Of a stretch of 64,000 bases of DNA, positions 46,338 through 55,736 are shown one piece after another. Origin of the DNA: Desulfobulbaceae bacterium (lineage in GTDB: Bacteria > Desulfobacterota > Desulfobulbia > Desulfobulbales > SURF-16); NCBI GenBank assembly GCA_003249165.1, contig QKJV01000098.1:19793-83792 (forward strand), in the 5' to 3' direction. A program made the translations under genes and the position numbers. Numbering within the stretch: the first letter of the stretch is position 1; each line of letters starts with the position of its first letter. Under the pieces are notes generated by a model. It made no database searches. It saw only the letters and a program-made list of their open reading frames with translations, and was not told where the DNA came from.

Positions 46338-46680
46338 ACTGCTTTCACGTATAAAAATTGATTTTTTGTACTTAAGTACAAAATTTTGCTTACACAAAAT
46401 CATCAATTTTTCAATAGGCAAGAATTCATAAAATGAAGGGAGATATTTATGATTAGATATGGACAGGCGGAATATGCAATATTTATCATGAAACAGGTTA
46501 CCGAAAAGCTGAGAAATCAGAATATTATCACAGAAGAGCAGTACAGACAACTTACAGCTAAAAATCAGGATGATTGTTATAATCAGTTCTGCACAGCGAA
46601 TGCCGCTTAATTTTGTTGGCTTTGGTGATAGCTATTCAATAAAAACTATGGTAATGTATGTAGTAAAAAAAGTGGGGTGA

Positions 46681-46816
46681 AAGTTTGAAAGATAAATCTT
46701 CCAAACCACGAGTTTTGTGCCTTTGAAGAATTAATTCTTCAATTTCCAATGCACCCTTCGGGTTCATCGGAAACCGTCACAAAACATCGCAAATAGTTAG
46801 AAAGGGAATGGTTATA
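46681..46816 (+). repeat. Recombinase leader repeat, copy A (partner at 50218-50343)
   Basis: ~125-nt near-identical segment ending in the recombinase start region. Hairpins at 46683-46706, 46723-46742 and 46753-46763. Confidence 0.85.
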
Positions 46817-48355
46817 AACATGAGCAATGTTACAGTTATTCAGCCAACAATATCAGATGAAAAAACAAAGATCCGCGTTGCTGCATATTGTCGCGTAAGT
46901 TCTGATTCAGCTGACCAGATAAATTCATTTATGGCACAGGTCACATTCTATGAAAATTTTCTTTCAGACAGCACAACACAACAATTTGTCGGAATTTATG
47001 CTGATGAGGGTATTACCGGCACAAGAATTGACAAGCGTGATGAATTTAAAAGGCTTATGCATGACTGCCGCAGAGGAAAAATCGATAGGATTATTACAAA
47101 ATCCATATCCCGTTTTTCAAGAAATACAAAAGATTGCCTGACTTCAGTGCGAGAGCTCAAGGAGTTGGGTATTTCAGTTTTGTTCGAAAAAGAAGACATT
47201 GATACAGCAAATATGACAGATGAAATGATGATAACTCTTATGGGCGGTCTTGCACAGGAAGAATCGGTGTCAATTTCTAATAATGTTCGGTGGGGAATAC
47301 GTAAACAAATGCAGAATGGAACATTTATAGCGTCCTCTGTTCCATATGGGTATAGACTCATTGATAAAAAGCTTATTGTTGTAAAATCAGAGGCGGAAGT
47401 TGTTAGAAAGATATTTCAGATGTACCTTGAAGGCAATGGCATAAATACAATTGCAGCTGAGTTACGCTCATTAGGCTTGGAAAGAGAAAATTCTGAATGG
47501 GGTAAAAATGCGGTAAGATATATTCTTTCAAATGAAAAATATATCGGTGAATCAACATTTCAGAAATGGTATATGACATCAACCTTGCCTTATAGGTGCA
47601 AAGAAAACAAGGGCGAACTCGACAAATATAACGTAACGGATCACCATGAGCGGATTATTTCAAAAGAAGTTTTTCAATCGGTGCAAAAACTTATTAAAAA
47701 GAGGGGAGAAGTAAAAGTCGGAAATACATATTCTCAGTGCCCACTTTCGGGTAAAATATATTGCGGAGAATGTGGTACATTGTTTAAATTCAAGCAACGC
47801 AGAACCTATGGATGCTGGGTGTGCAGACGACATGATGAAAGTGCAGAGAACTGCTCTGCAAAACAAATTTCGGAATTGGATGTTTATAACACTTTCGTAT
47901 GCCTTTACAATAAGCTGAAACAGAATTACAAGCAAATTCTTCTGCCACTGCGGTCACAGCTACAGGAGCTTAACCTGAAGAAATTCAGCGGAAACAATAA
48001 TGTGCTTGATATTCATAAGGAAATCGCTCAGTTTAAAGAACAGACTCATGTGCTTGCAAGGCTTAAAACAAAAGGATTTCTTGATGATGTAAAATATTAC
48101 GAACAGACAAATGAGATTACTTCAAAGATAAATAAGCTTCAGCAAAAACTTCGTCAGCTGACTCAAAGCGATGATGAGGACGATATTATTGAACAGATTT
48201 CATTGCTGATATCAATTCTTGAAAAAGATAATAATATGCTTACGGAATTTGATGATAATATCTTTGAAAGCGTGGTTGAGAAAATTATTGTCAAATCGCA
48301 GACAGAACTTGAATTTCAGCTTATCGGCGGAATGAAATTTAAAGAAAAATGTTGA
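46808..48355 (+). CDS. Large serine recombinase
   Basis: [15 protein letters not shown] (catalytic Ser), SISRFSRNT, recombinase domain PYGYRL, zinc ribbon CGECG...CWVC, coiled-coil C-terminus. The true start may be the second ATG at 46820. Confidence 0.9.
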   Translation: MVINMSNVTVIQPTISDEKTKIRVAAYCRVSSDSADQINSFMAQVTFYENFLSDSTTQQFVGIYADEGITGTRIDKRDEFKRLMHDCRRGKIDRIITKSISRFSRNTKDCLTSVRELKELGISVLFEKEDIDTANMTDEMMITLMGGLAQEESVSISNNVRWGIRKQMQNGTFIASSVPYGYRLIDKKLIVVKSEAEVVRKIFQMYLEGNGINTIAAELRSLGLERENSEWGKNAVRYILSNEKYIGESTFQKWYMTSTLPYRCKENKGELDKYNVTDHHERIISKEVFQSVQKLIKKRGEVKVGNTYSQCPLSGKIYCGECGTLFKFKQRRTYGCWVCRRHDESAENCSAKQISELDVYNTFVCLYNKLKQNYKQILLPLRSQLQELNLKKFSGNNNVLDIHKEIAQFKEQTHVLARLKTKGFLDDVKYYEQTNEITSKINKLQQKLRQLTQSDDEDDIIEQISLLISILEKDNNMLTEFDDNIFESVVEKIIVKSQTELEFQLIGGMKFKEKC

Positions 48356-48400
48356 GAAATCGTGTTGATTGTGGTATAATAAATGAAAGGTGGTGCTGAT

Positions 48401-49234
48401 ATGGCAAAGTTTAAAGACACAATTTCTGCAAATGGTAATGAAATAGCTATTATTTCAGATGGAATTGATAATGACTATATCTCTCTTACGGATATAGCAA
48501 GATATAAAAGTGCTGAACCAAAGGATGTAATAAAAAATTGGATGCGTTCAAAATCCACAATTGAATTTTTGGGGTTATGGGAAAAACTCAATAATCCTAA
48601 TTTTAAAGGGGTCGAATTCGACTCCTTTAAAAATGAAGCAGGTGCAAATGCTTTTACTATGTCTCCACAGAAATGGATCGAAAGCACAGATGCTATTGGG
48701 GTAATTTCCAAGTCTGGCAGAAATGGCGGAACTTTTGCTCATAAAGATATCGCATTTGAATTTGCTTCATGGGTATCAGCTGAATTTAAGCTGTATATTA
48801 TCAAGGACTATCAAAGGCTGAAAGCTGATGAAAGCAACCGTTTGTCTTTGGATTGGAATGTTAAGCGAACGCTTGCCAAAATAAATTATAAAATACATAC
48901 AGATGCAATTAAAGAGAACATTATTCCAAAGTGTGTTACTGAACAGCAGAAAAAATATTCATATGCATCGGAAGCGGATATATTGAATGTCGCATTGTTT
49001 GGCATGACAGCGACAGAATGGAAAAAGTCAAATAGTGAACTAAAGGGTAATATCCGTGATTATGCAACTGTTCAGCAACTTGTAGTGCTGACTAATCTGG
49101 AAAGCTTGAATGCTGAATACATACGTCAATGTTTATCGCCAAATGAAAGACTTATGAAACTCAATGAAGCGGCAATTAATCAAATGAAGTCGCTGTCGGG
49201 TAATTTTAGCGTAAACAGACTTGAGAGTAAATAG
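48401..49234 (+). CDS. KilA-N domain protein
   Basis: NDYISLTDIARYKSAEPKDVIKNWMRSKSTIEFLGLWEKLNNPNF...GGTFAHKDIAFEFASWVS. Own extended -10 (tgtggtataat). ATG at 48401 with RBS aaaggtgg. Confidence 0.8.
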   Translation: MAKFKDTISANGNEIAIISDGIDNDYISLTDIARYKSAEPKDVIKNWMRSKSTIEFLGLWEKLNNPNFKGVEFDSFKNEAGANAFTMSPQKWIESTDAIGVISKSGRNGGTFAHKDIAFEFASWVSAEFKLYIIKDYQRLKADESNRLSLDWNVKRTLAKINYKIHTDAIKENIIPKCVTEQQKKYSYASEADILNVALFGMTATEWKKSNSELKGNIRDYATVQQLVVLTNLESLNAEYIRQCLSPNERLMKLNEAAINQMKSLSGNFSVNRLESK

Positions 49235-49242
49235 AGAAAAAT

Positions 49243-49277
49243 GTGCTTTGTGAACAATTCACAAGGCGCATTTTTTG
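49243..49277 (+). terminator. Rho-independent terminator
   Basis: ctttgtgaa-caa-ttcacaagg stem followed by attttttg. Confidence 0.65.
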
Positions 49278-49344
49278 TGACTTTAGTAATAGATATTCCG
49301 TACGGAATGTGGTATTGTTGTAATGAAAATTAGGAGGCGATAAA

Positions 49345-50232
49345 ATGAAGAAAAACAGAATCCTTCCCTTCGGCTACTGCATGCAAAACGGGGAAATCAT
49401 TCCACAGCCTAAAGAAAGTGAAGCTGTCAAGCAGATTTTTATTTCTTACATAAACGGCGAATCTTTAAGCAATATCGCAGATATGATGACAGCTAATAAT
49501 ATTTCTTATCATGAATGCTCTGAAAAGTGGAACAAGAATATGATTAATCGTATACTTGAAAATGAAAAATATCTCGGTAATGATGAATACTTACCGATTA
49601 TCTCACAGGAAGACTTTACACTTGCCAATGCCAAAAAACAAAAAAAATCCACTAAAGTATGTGTTATTTCTGATGAACTGAATATAATCCGTGAAAGAAC
49701 TTTTTGCAAGGAATGCGGAAAACGCTTAATTCGTATTGGAGGTAATAACCGTTCTGAAAAATGGGACTGCAGAAATGCAGAATGTTCAAGGCTGGGATTT
49801 CGATTAACTGACAATATACTTATTGGATCAGTGCTTAATGTACTAAATGCTGTAATTGCAAATCCAAAGCTACTAATTGCTCCACAGACTGAAAATACAT
49901 ATCAGCCGGATATGACGATAACACGTCAGATAAATGAAATAGACAGGCTAATGGAAAATCCGGGTGTAAATTATGAAAGTGCAAAAGCTGAAATTGTAAA
50001 GCTTGCAGAGTTAAAATATAACTGCTGTAATTATGATGACAGTCCACAGAAAACAGAACAGTTACTGTCTTTGATTTCTGAAAGAGAACAACTTAATACG
50101 CTTGATATTGACTTATATAAATCCACAGTTTCACGGATTTATATAAGTCATTTTAATTTTATAGAGGTTGAATTTATAAACGGAAAAGTAATAAAAACTA
50201 TTTTTGAAAGTGGTAATAAGTTTGAAAGATAA
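49345..50232 (+). CDS. Serine-recombinase-family protein lacking the catalytic resolvase domain (recombinase + zinc-ribbon domains only)
   Basis: Starts at LPFGYCMQNGEIIPQPKESEAVKQIF, which aligns with PYGYRLIDKKLIVVKSEAEVVRKIF of the 46808 protein. CKECG...CRNAEC zinc ribbon. Own RBS aggagg. Confidence 0.75.
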   Translation: MKKNRILPFGYCMQNGEIIPQPKESEAVKQIFISYINGESLSNIADMMTANNISYHECSEKWNKNMINRILENEKYLGNDEYLPIISQEDFTLANAKKQKKSTKVCVISDELNIIRERTFCKECGKRLIRIGGNNRSEKWDCRNAECSRLGFRLTDNILIGSVLNVLNAVIANPKLLIAPQTENTYQPDMTITRQINEIDRLMENPGVNYESAKAEIVKLAELKYNCCNYDDSPQKTEQLLSLISEREQLNTLDIDLYKSTVSRIYISHFNFIEVEFINGKVIKTIFESGNKFER

Positions 50233-50343
50233 ATCTTTCAAACTACGAGTTTTATGCCTTTGAGGAATTAATTCCTCAATTTCCGATGTACCCTTTGGGT
50301 TCATCAGAAACCGTCACAAAACATCGAGAAAGGAATGGTTATA
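50218..50343 (+). repeat. Recombinase leader repeat, copy B
   Basis: See copy A. Hairpins at 50220-50243, 50260-50279 and 50290-50300. Confidence 0.85.
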
Positions 50344-51960
50344 TTAATGACAGCTCAGAATGTTAAAATAATTCCCGCAACAACGAAAACAGCAGAAGGC
50401 AGAAATAAGTACCATCAGCTTAGTGTTGCTGCTTACTGCCGAGTTTCTACCGAACAGGAAGAACAGCAAAACAGCTACCAAGTTCAGATTGCATATTACA
50501 CTGATAAAATCAATTCAAATAAGGAATGGTCACTTGCCGGAATTTTTGCTGATGAGGGCATTTCGGGAACACAGGCAAAGAAACGTCCAGAATTTCTTCG
50601 AATGATTAGGCTGTGTGAAAAAGGGAAAATTGACCTTGTGCTTTCAAAATCAATTTCAAGATTTGCACGAAATACTGTTGACTGTCTTGAATATGTAAGA
50701 AGGCTCAAAGAAAAAGGTATTGGGGTTATTTTTGAAAAGGAAAATATCAATACTCTCACTATGACCAGTGAATTTATGATTGCTTTATACGGAAGCTTTG
50801 CACAGGCAGAAAGCGAATCAATCAGCAAAAATGTTACCTGGGGCAAGCAAAAAGCTTATGCTGATGGGAAAGTTGCTTTTCAGTATAAACATTTACTGGG
50901 TTATAAAAAAGGCTCTGACGGAAATCCGGAAATTGTTCCCGAAGAAGCTGAAACTGTTAAAATGATATTTGAAATGTTCCTTGACGGATTGAGCTATGTG
51001 GATATTTGTGACAGGCTGAATGCTCTTGAAAGAAAAACTGCCCATGGCAATACTGAATGGCACAGGGACTGTATCGGTAATATTCTAAAAAATGAAAAGT
51101 ACGTTGGCGATGCGTTATTGCAAAAAACTTTCACAGTTGATTGCATAACAAAAAAGGTACAGAAAAATAACGGGGAACGTCCTATGTACCTAGTTTCAAA
51201 TCATCATGAGGCAATAATTGACCGAGATATGTTCAATCGTGTTCAGCAAGAGCTTGCAAGGCGAGTTTCTAAGCGTAAAACTTCTGATAAAACTATAACC
51301 CAGCAAGGCAAATATTCAAGCAAATACGCACTTTCCGAACTTCTTATATGTGGTAACTGCGGTTCACCATATCGCAGAGCAGTATGGACTTCAAGAGGGA
51401 AACGGCAAGTTGTATGGCGGTGCATAAGCCGACTTGAACACGGGAAAAAATACTGTACTCTATCACCGACAATGCACGAGGAAAAGCTTCAGACTGCGAT
51501 TTTACAAGCGGTAAATGAATACCTTGGCTGTCGTGATGAAATTGCTAAAATACTGAAAGCCAATATTGGTACTGTACTTGAATGTCAGGGGCAAGAGAAA
51601 ATATTGTTTCTTGAAAAACGGCTTGGTGAACTTGATAATGCAAGAAATGATATAATTGCACTGATTGCATCTGGTGGCTGTGATGAAGAAAAAATGGACA
51701 CGGAATTTGCAAAACTTTATACAGAGGAACATGCTATAAATGAGCAGTTATTAGAACTGAAGGGAAAAATCAAATTATCGGCAGATACTAAAAATAAGAT
51801 AGATACTGCAATGAATATGATTGAGAATGAAAAATTCGAACTTGAGTTTTTCGATAATGTCATTATCCGCAAGCTGATTGAATGTATAAAAGTCCTTAAC
51901 AAAACGGAGATCCTTATAATCTTCAAGGGCGGAGTTGAGGTTAAGGCAGAGATTGAATAA
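50335..51960 (+). CDS. Large serine recombinase
   Basis: [24 protein letters not shown], recombinase domain, CGNCGSPY...VWRC zinc ribbon, coiled-coil C-terminus. Confidence 0.9.
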   Translation: MVILMTAQNVKIIPATTKTAEGRNKYHQLSVAAYCRVSTEQEEQQNSYQVQIAYYTDKINSNKEWSLAGIFADEGISGTQAKKRPEFLRMIRLCEKGKIDLVLSKSISRFARNTVDCLEYVRRLKEKGIGVIFEKENINTLTMTSEFMIALYGSFAQAESESISKNVTWGKQKAYADGKVAFQYKHLLGYKKGSDGNPEIVPEEAETVKMIFEMFLDGLSYVDICDRLNALERKTAHGNTEWHRDCIGNILKNEKYVGDALLQKTFTVDCITKKVQKNNGERPMYLVSNHHEAIIDRDMFNRVQQELARRVSKRKTSDKTITQQGKYSSKYALSELLICGNCGSPYRRAVWTSRGKRQVVWRCISRLEHGKKYCTLSPTMHEEKLQTAILQAVNEYLGCRDEIAKILKANIGTVLECQGQEKILFLEKRLGELDNARNDIIALIASGGCDEEKMDTEFAKLYTEEHAINEQLLELKGKIKLSADTKNKIDTAMNMIENEKFELEFFDNVIIRKLIECIKVLNKTEILIIFKGGVEVKAEIE

Positions 51961-51974
51961 TAATAAATAGCTTT

Positions 51975-52006
51975 ACGGTCTGCAGAAAGTGCAGATCGTT
52001 TTTTAT
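51975..52006 (+). terminator. Rho-independent terminator
   Basis: acggtctgca-gaaag-tgcagatcgt followed by ttttttatt. Confidence 0.65.
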
Positions 52007-52027
52007 TGCAGGAGGTGATGAATTTAT

Positions 52028-53101
52028 ATGCCAAATAATTATGACGGTATCAAAACACAGAAGTTCGGTATTGAGGTTGAAATGACAGGTATAACCCGTG
52101 GAAAAGCTGCAAAGGTTGTTGCACAATTTTTTAATACCGAGGCTGAGCATTTCGGTGGGAGCTATGATATGTACAGAATTACAGACTCACAGGGCAGAAC
52201 ATGGAAAATCATGTCCGATGCAAGTATTCGCTGTACGAAAAAAGACGGCACTTCCGCAACAAAAATGTATTCGGTAGAATTCGTAACTCCTGTATGCCAA
52301 TATGATGATATTGAGGATATTCAGCAGATTATTCGTGATTTGCGTACAGCCGGCGGTATCTGCAACGACTCAACAGGTATTCATATCCACATAAATGCTG
52401 AGCCTTATGATGCGAAAACACTCCGAAATCTTGTTAACATTATTTCAAGCAAGGAAAATATGATTTACCGAGCCTTACAAGTTGATTATGGTCGGCAAAA
52501 CTACTGCAAAAAGGTGGACAGGGATTTTCTTGAAAGGATTAATAAAGAAAAGCCCTCCACTATGGAGAAACTGAAAAATTTGTGGTATAACGGTCATGAT
52601 GGTTCGGGTGTTCATTACCACAATTCAAGGTATCATCTGCTAAATTTGCATTCTGTCTTTTCAAAAGGAACAGTTGAAATTCGTGCATTCAACAGCACTC
52701 TTCATGCCGGAGTTTTACGCTCATACTTAATTCTCTGTCTTGCGATAAGCAATCAGGCTTTACAGCAAAAATCTGCTCAGTGTCGGGAAACACTGAGCAG
52801 TAATGAAAAATACACGTTTCGAACATGGCTTTTGCGACTTGGATTGATTGGTGATGAGTTCAAGAACTGCAGAAGTCATTTACTTTCCCATCTTGACGGC
52901 TGTATTGCATGGAAAAATCCAGAGGATGCTATTGCTCAGCGTGAAAGGTTAAAACAAGAGCGTATTACCCAGCAGGGGCAAAATGTCGAGCCTGTGTCGG
53001 CTTCTCAGGAAGAATCCGTGATAACACCCGATGAAAATGAAACTGCCGTTGTAAGCGGATTTGAGGAAGAAAATGAAGAAAGCTTTGAAATGAGTATGTA
53101 A
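52028..53101 (+). CDS. Amidoligase-family protein (Amidoligase_2-like)
   Basis: KFGIEVEMTGITRGKAAKVV...WKIMSDASI...TGIHIHI pattern of mobile-element amidoligases. Confidence 0.75.
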   Translation: MPNNYDGIKTQKFGIEVEMTGITRGKAAKVVAQFFNTEAEHFGGSYDMYRITDSQGRTWKIMSDASIRCTKKDGTSATKMYSVEFVTPVCQYDDIEDIQQIIRDLRTAGGICNDSTGIHIHINAEPYDAKTLRNLVNIISSKENMIYRALQVDYGRQNYCKKVDRDFLERINKEKPSTMEKLKNLWYNGHDGSGVHYHNSRYHLLNLHSVFSKGTVEIRAFNSTLHAGVLRSYLILCLAISNQALQQKSAQCRETLSSNEKYTFRTWLLRLGLIGDEFKNCRSHLLSHLDGCIAWKNPEDAIAQRERLKQERITQQGQNVEPVSASQEESVITPDENETAVVSGFEEENEESFEMSM

Positions 53102-53146
53102 AGTATGAAAAACAAAAACTTCGAATATAGGAAGGACGATTACAAA

Positions 53147-53620
53147 ATGAAAAATAAAACGCTATATATTGCCTATGGCAGTAACATCAATCTTGAACAA
53201 ATGGCATGCCGATGTCCCACAGCCACAAAGTTCGGATCTGGGACAATTTCAGATTATGAGTTGCAGTTCCGTCGGGTTGCTACAATTGAACCAAAGGTGA
53301 ATTCAGAAGTTCCAGTTTTGTTGTGGGAGCTTGAACCAAGCGATGAAAAAAGCCTTGACAGATACGAGGGATATCCTAATTTTTATCGCAAAGAATATTT
53401 TGAGCTGGAGATTGATGGCGAAACCCGTGAGGCAATGGCTTACGTTATGAATGGCGGACAAATTAATGTTCCTTCAGAAGCTTACTACAATGGTATTGAA
53501 AAAGGATATATTGATAATGGGCTTGACATCGCTTATCTTGAAAAAGCTTTGGAACAGGCATATCAGACGGTTCAGGAATTTCAAAATTGTGAAGAAGGTT
53601 TTCAATTTGAGTTTGAGTAA
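53147..53620 (+). CDS. Gamma-glutamylcyclotransferase/AIG2-like protein
   Basis: LYIAYGSNINLEQMACRCP...LDRYEGYPNFY. ATG at 53147 with RBS aggaagga. Confidence 0.75.
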   Translation: MKNKTLYIAYGSNINLEQMACRCPTATKFGSGTISDYELQFRRVATIEPKVNSEVPVLLWELEPSDEKSLDRYEGYPNFYRKEYFELEIDGETREAMAYVMNGGQINVPSEAYYNGIEKGYIDNGLDIAYLEKALEQAYQTVQEFQNCEEGFQFEFE

Positions 53621-53666
53621 TTAGTGTAATGATTTTTCAAGTTGGAAACTAATTTTTAAAATCACT

Positions 53667-54389
53667 TTATTTTTTGTTAAATCGAATGGCTTTAACAGGA
53701 CAATTATCAATTGCTTTATTAAGTTTTTCATCATCAAGGATCAAATCGTATTTTTTAACTTGTGCCTTTTTGCTGCTTATTTCAAAAAGTTCAGGATAAT
53801 TCTTTACGCACAACGAACAACCCATGCAGGCATTTCGATTTATTATTACACCTTCTGGTTCAGATGTGGGTTCACTTGGTAAATCTTCATCTTTGACAAT
53901 CTTTGAAGCTATCCACGAAAAAACAACAATAGCAATAACAGTGAGGAGCCAACGAACTGCCATGAATTTCATACCCAGAAATTTTACTTCATTCAGAAGC
54001 ATCGGAAATTTAATAACTGCCCAGGAGCTGAGTATTATAACAATATTTTTTATTGACGCTCCTTTTTTGTGCAGCATAATGCAGAATGGAAAAGCAGCAT
54101 AAATAGGTCCGGCAGATATTCCTCCAAGAAGGAATGATAAAATAACGCCTTTTGATTTTGATTGTTTTCCAAGATACTTCATTATAGTTTCTTTTGGCAC
54201 CCATACATCAAGTAAAGCTGTCAGAACAAAAATGACGGGCATAATCATAAGCATTTCTTTTAAATAGTACCCACTGTTGCCTACCGCAGTTATACCAGTT
54301 TCGGGTTTAAGAATAAATATTAATGCATAAGCAATAATGATTATTGCTGTAAATAAATTTTCTTTAAGTATTTTTGTAATCTTTGTCAT
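53667..54389 (-). CDS. Permease subunit with a C-terminal ferredoxin-like 4Fe-4S domain
   Basis: Multiple TM helices. C-terminus has CMGCSLCVKNYP...CPVKAI. 4-nt overlap with the upstream permease gene. Confidence 0.65.
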   Translation of the reverse strand: MTKITKILKENLFTAIIIIAYALIFILKPETGITAVGNSGYYLKEMLMIMPVIFVLTALLDVWVPKETIMKYLGKQSKSKGVILSFLLGGISAGPIYAAFPFCIMLHKKGASIKNIVIILSSWAVIKFPMLLNEVKFLGMKFMAVRWLLTVIAIVVFSWIASKIVKDEDLPSEPTSEPEGVIINRNACMGCSLCVKNYPELFEISSKKAQVKKYDLILDDEKLNKAIDNCPVKAIRFNKK

Positions 54390-54868
54390 ATTATCACCCC
54401 CATAACAAGTGCTATAGCAATAGCAAATACGAAGCTAAGTCCATTTCTTACAATTGTAAATTTTGTCCCGAATTCTTTCTTTTCAAGTGGAAATGTAACA
54501 ATTCCAACCATAGTTAGCGTTGTTAAAAAAGCGACAGAAGGGACAATTCCAACACCTGCATCAACAAGTGTTCCGACAAGAGGAAATGCTATAAACGCCG
54601 GAATGAGAGTGATTGTTCCAAATATTGCTGATGCAATAGTGGCAACTAGAACATTTTGTTTTTCAACAAACACAGCAATTTGATTAGGCGGGAGCAATGC
54701 TAAAATAATGCCTATGAGTAAAATAATTGATAATATACTGAGAATCATATTTTTGCCCATACCAAATGCCATTTTTAGTGCCGTTTTTGTTTTTTCTTTG
54801 TTTTTTGCCAAAGAAAAAGCAAGGAATATAATCGTTCCTACCCAAATTGATATAGTAAATATATCCAT
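54386..54868 (-). CDS. Permease subunit (partner of 53667-54389)
   Basis: All-TM 160-aa protein. Start MDIFTISIW at 54868 with RBS aaaggagga. The track start at 55048 would overlap the divergent crp/fnr gene. Confidence 0.65.
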   Translation of the reverse strand: MDIFTISIWVGTIIFLAFSLAKNKEKTKTALKMAFGMGKNMILSILSIILLIGIILALLPPNQIAVFVEKQNVLVATIASAIFGTITLIPAFIAFPLVGTLVDAGVGIVPSVAFLTTLTMVGIVTFPLEKKEFGTKFTIVRNGLSFVFAIAIALVMGVII

Positions 54869-54973
54869 TGAAAATCCTCCTTTATTATTTGATAATCCAA
54901 TTATAATTGGTATATACATATTATTATAGACACCAATGTTTCTTTTTGATATAATATAAAAAAGGGGGATATT

Positions 54974-55615
54974 ATGAACGAACTTGAATTTATAAAATCT
55001 GTTCCAATTATTAAATCCGTTAATGGTATCGAGTCGCTGGTTTCTCAAGGTAAAATCATAATTAAAAAGTATTCAAAAGGTGAAACATTATATAATCAAG
55101 GCAGTTTGTGTAGTTCTCTCGATATTGTTGTTACGGGTAGTCTTACAGCTTATTCTCTTACCGAAAGTGGTTCATCAACAATAATGTTTGAATTTAAAAA
55201 AGATAGTATTATTGGTGCAAATCTGTTATTTGCCGTCAATAATATCTACCCTCTTAACATATATTGTTCATCCGAATGTAGGCTTATCCATATAGAGAAA
55301 ACAGCTGTAGAAATATTACTTCACGATTACGATTTTGTAATGTTATACATTAAGTCCTTGTCTCAAAATTCTCTTGGACTTAATCATAAAATTGCCATGT
55401 TTTCACGAAAAACACTTCGTCAGAATATTATTGAGTATTTAATACAGCAGTCAATTGCTCAGCATTCGCAGACAGTGTATTTGCCTTTCAGCAAAAAAGA
55501 ATTTGCCGATTATCTTGGAGTTCAGCGCCCTTCACTTTTCAGAGAAATGAAAAAAATGCAGCTTGACGGCATTATCATCATAAATAACCGAAATATAACA
55601 ATTATAAAGACTTGA
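54974..55615 (+). CDS. Crp/Fnr-family transcriptional regulator
   Basis: N-terminal cNMP-binding-like beta-barrel region. C-terminal HTH FSKKEFADYLGVQRPSLFREMKKMQLDG. Confidence 0.8.
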   Translation: MNELEFIKSVPIIKSVNGIESLVSQGKIIIKKYSKGETLYNQGSLCSSLDIVVTGSLTAYSLTESGSSTIMFEFKKDSIIGANLLFAVNNIYPLNIYCSSECRLIHIEKTAVEILLHDYDFVMLYIKSLSQNSLGLNHKIAMFSRKTLRQNIIEYLIQQSIAQHSQTVYLPFSKKEFADYLGVQRPSLFREMKKMQLDGIIIINNRNITIIKT

Positions 55616-55678
55616 ATTAGTGAGTAGGAATTAGCACGCTTCAATTATGCAAATAGTTAAAACTTGGCTATGTCTTTC

Positions 55679-55707
55679 TTGACATAAGCTCATAATCAAG
55701 TTATAAT
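55679..55707 (+). promoter_or_regulatory. Consensus sigma-A promoter TTGACA-17-TATAAT
   Basis: TTGACA at 55679-55684, 17-nt spacer, TATAAT at 55702-55707. 30 nt upstream of the DUF134 gene start. Confidence 0.65.
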
Positions 55708-55736
55708 AAAAATACGATAGAAAACGGAGGTACACT

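Larger units (their letters stand above)
41882..53640. mobile_element. Regulatory/recombination module of an integrated serine-recombinase element (boundaries approximate)
   Basis: WYL regulator, ImmR/ImmA-like pair, sigma-like HTH, MazF, three serine-recombinase genes, KilA-N and amidoligase+GGCT are contiguous. The right edge is inferred from the switch to convergent core-like genes. No att sites were identified. Confidence 0.3.
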
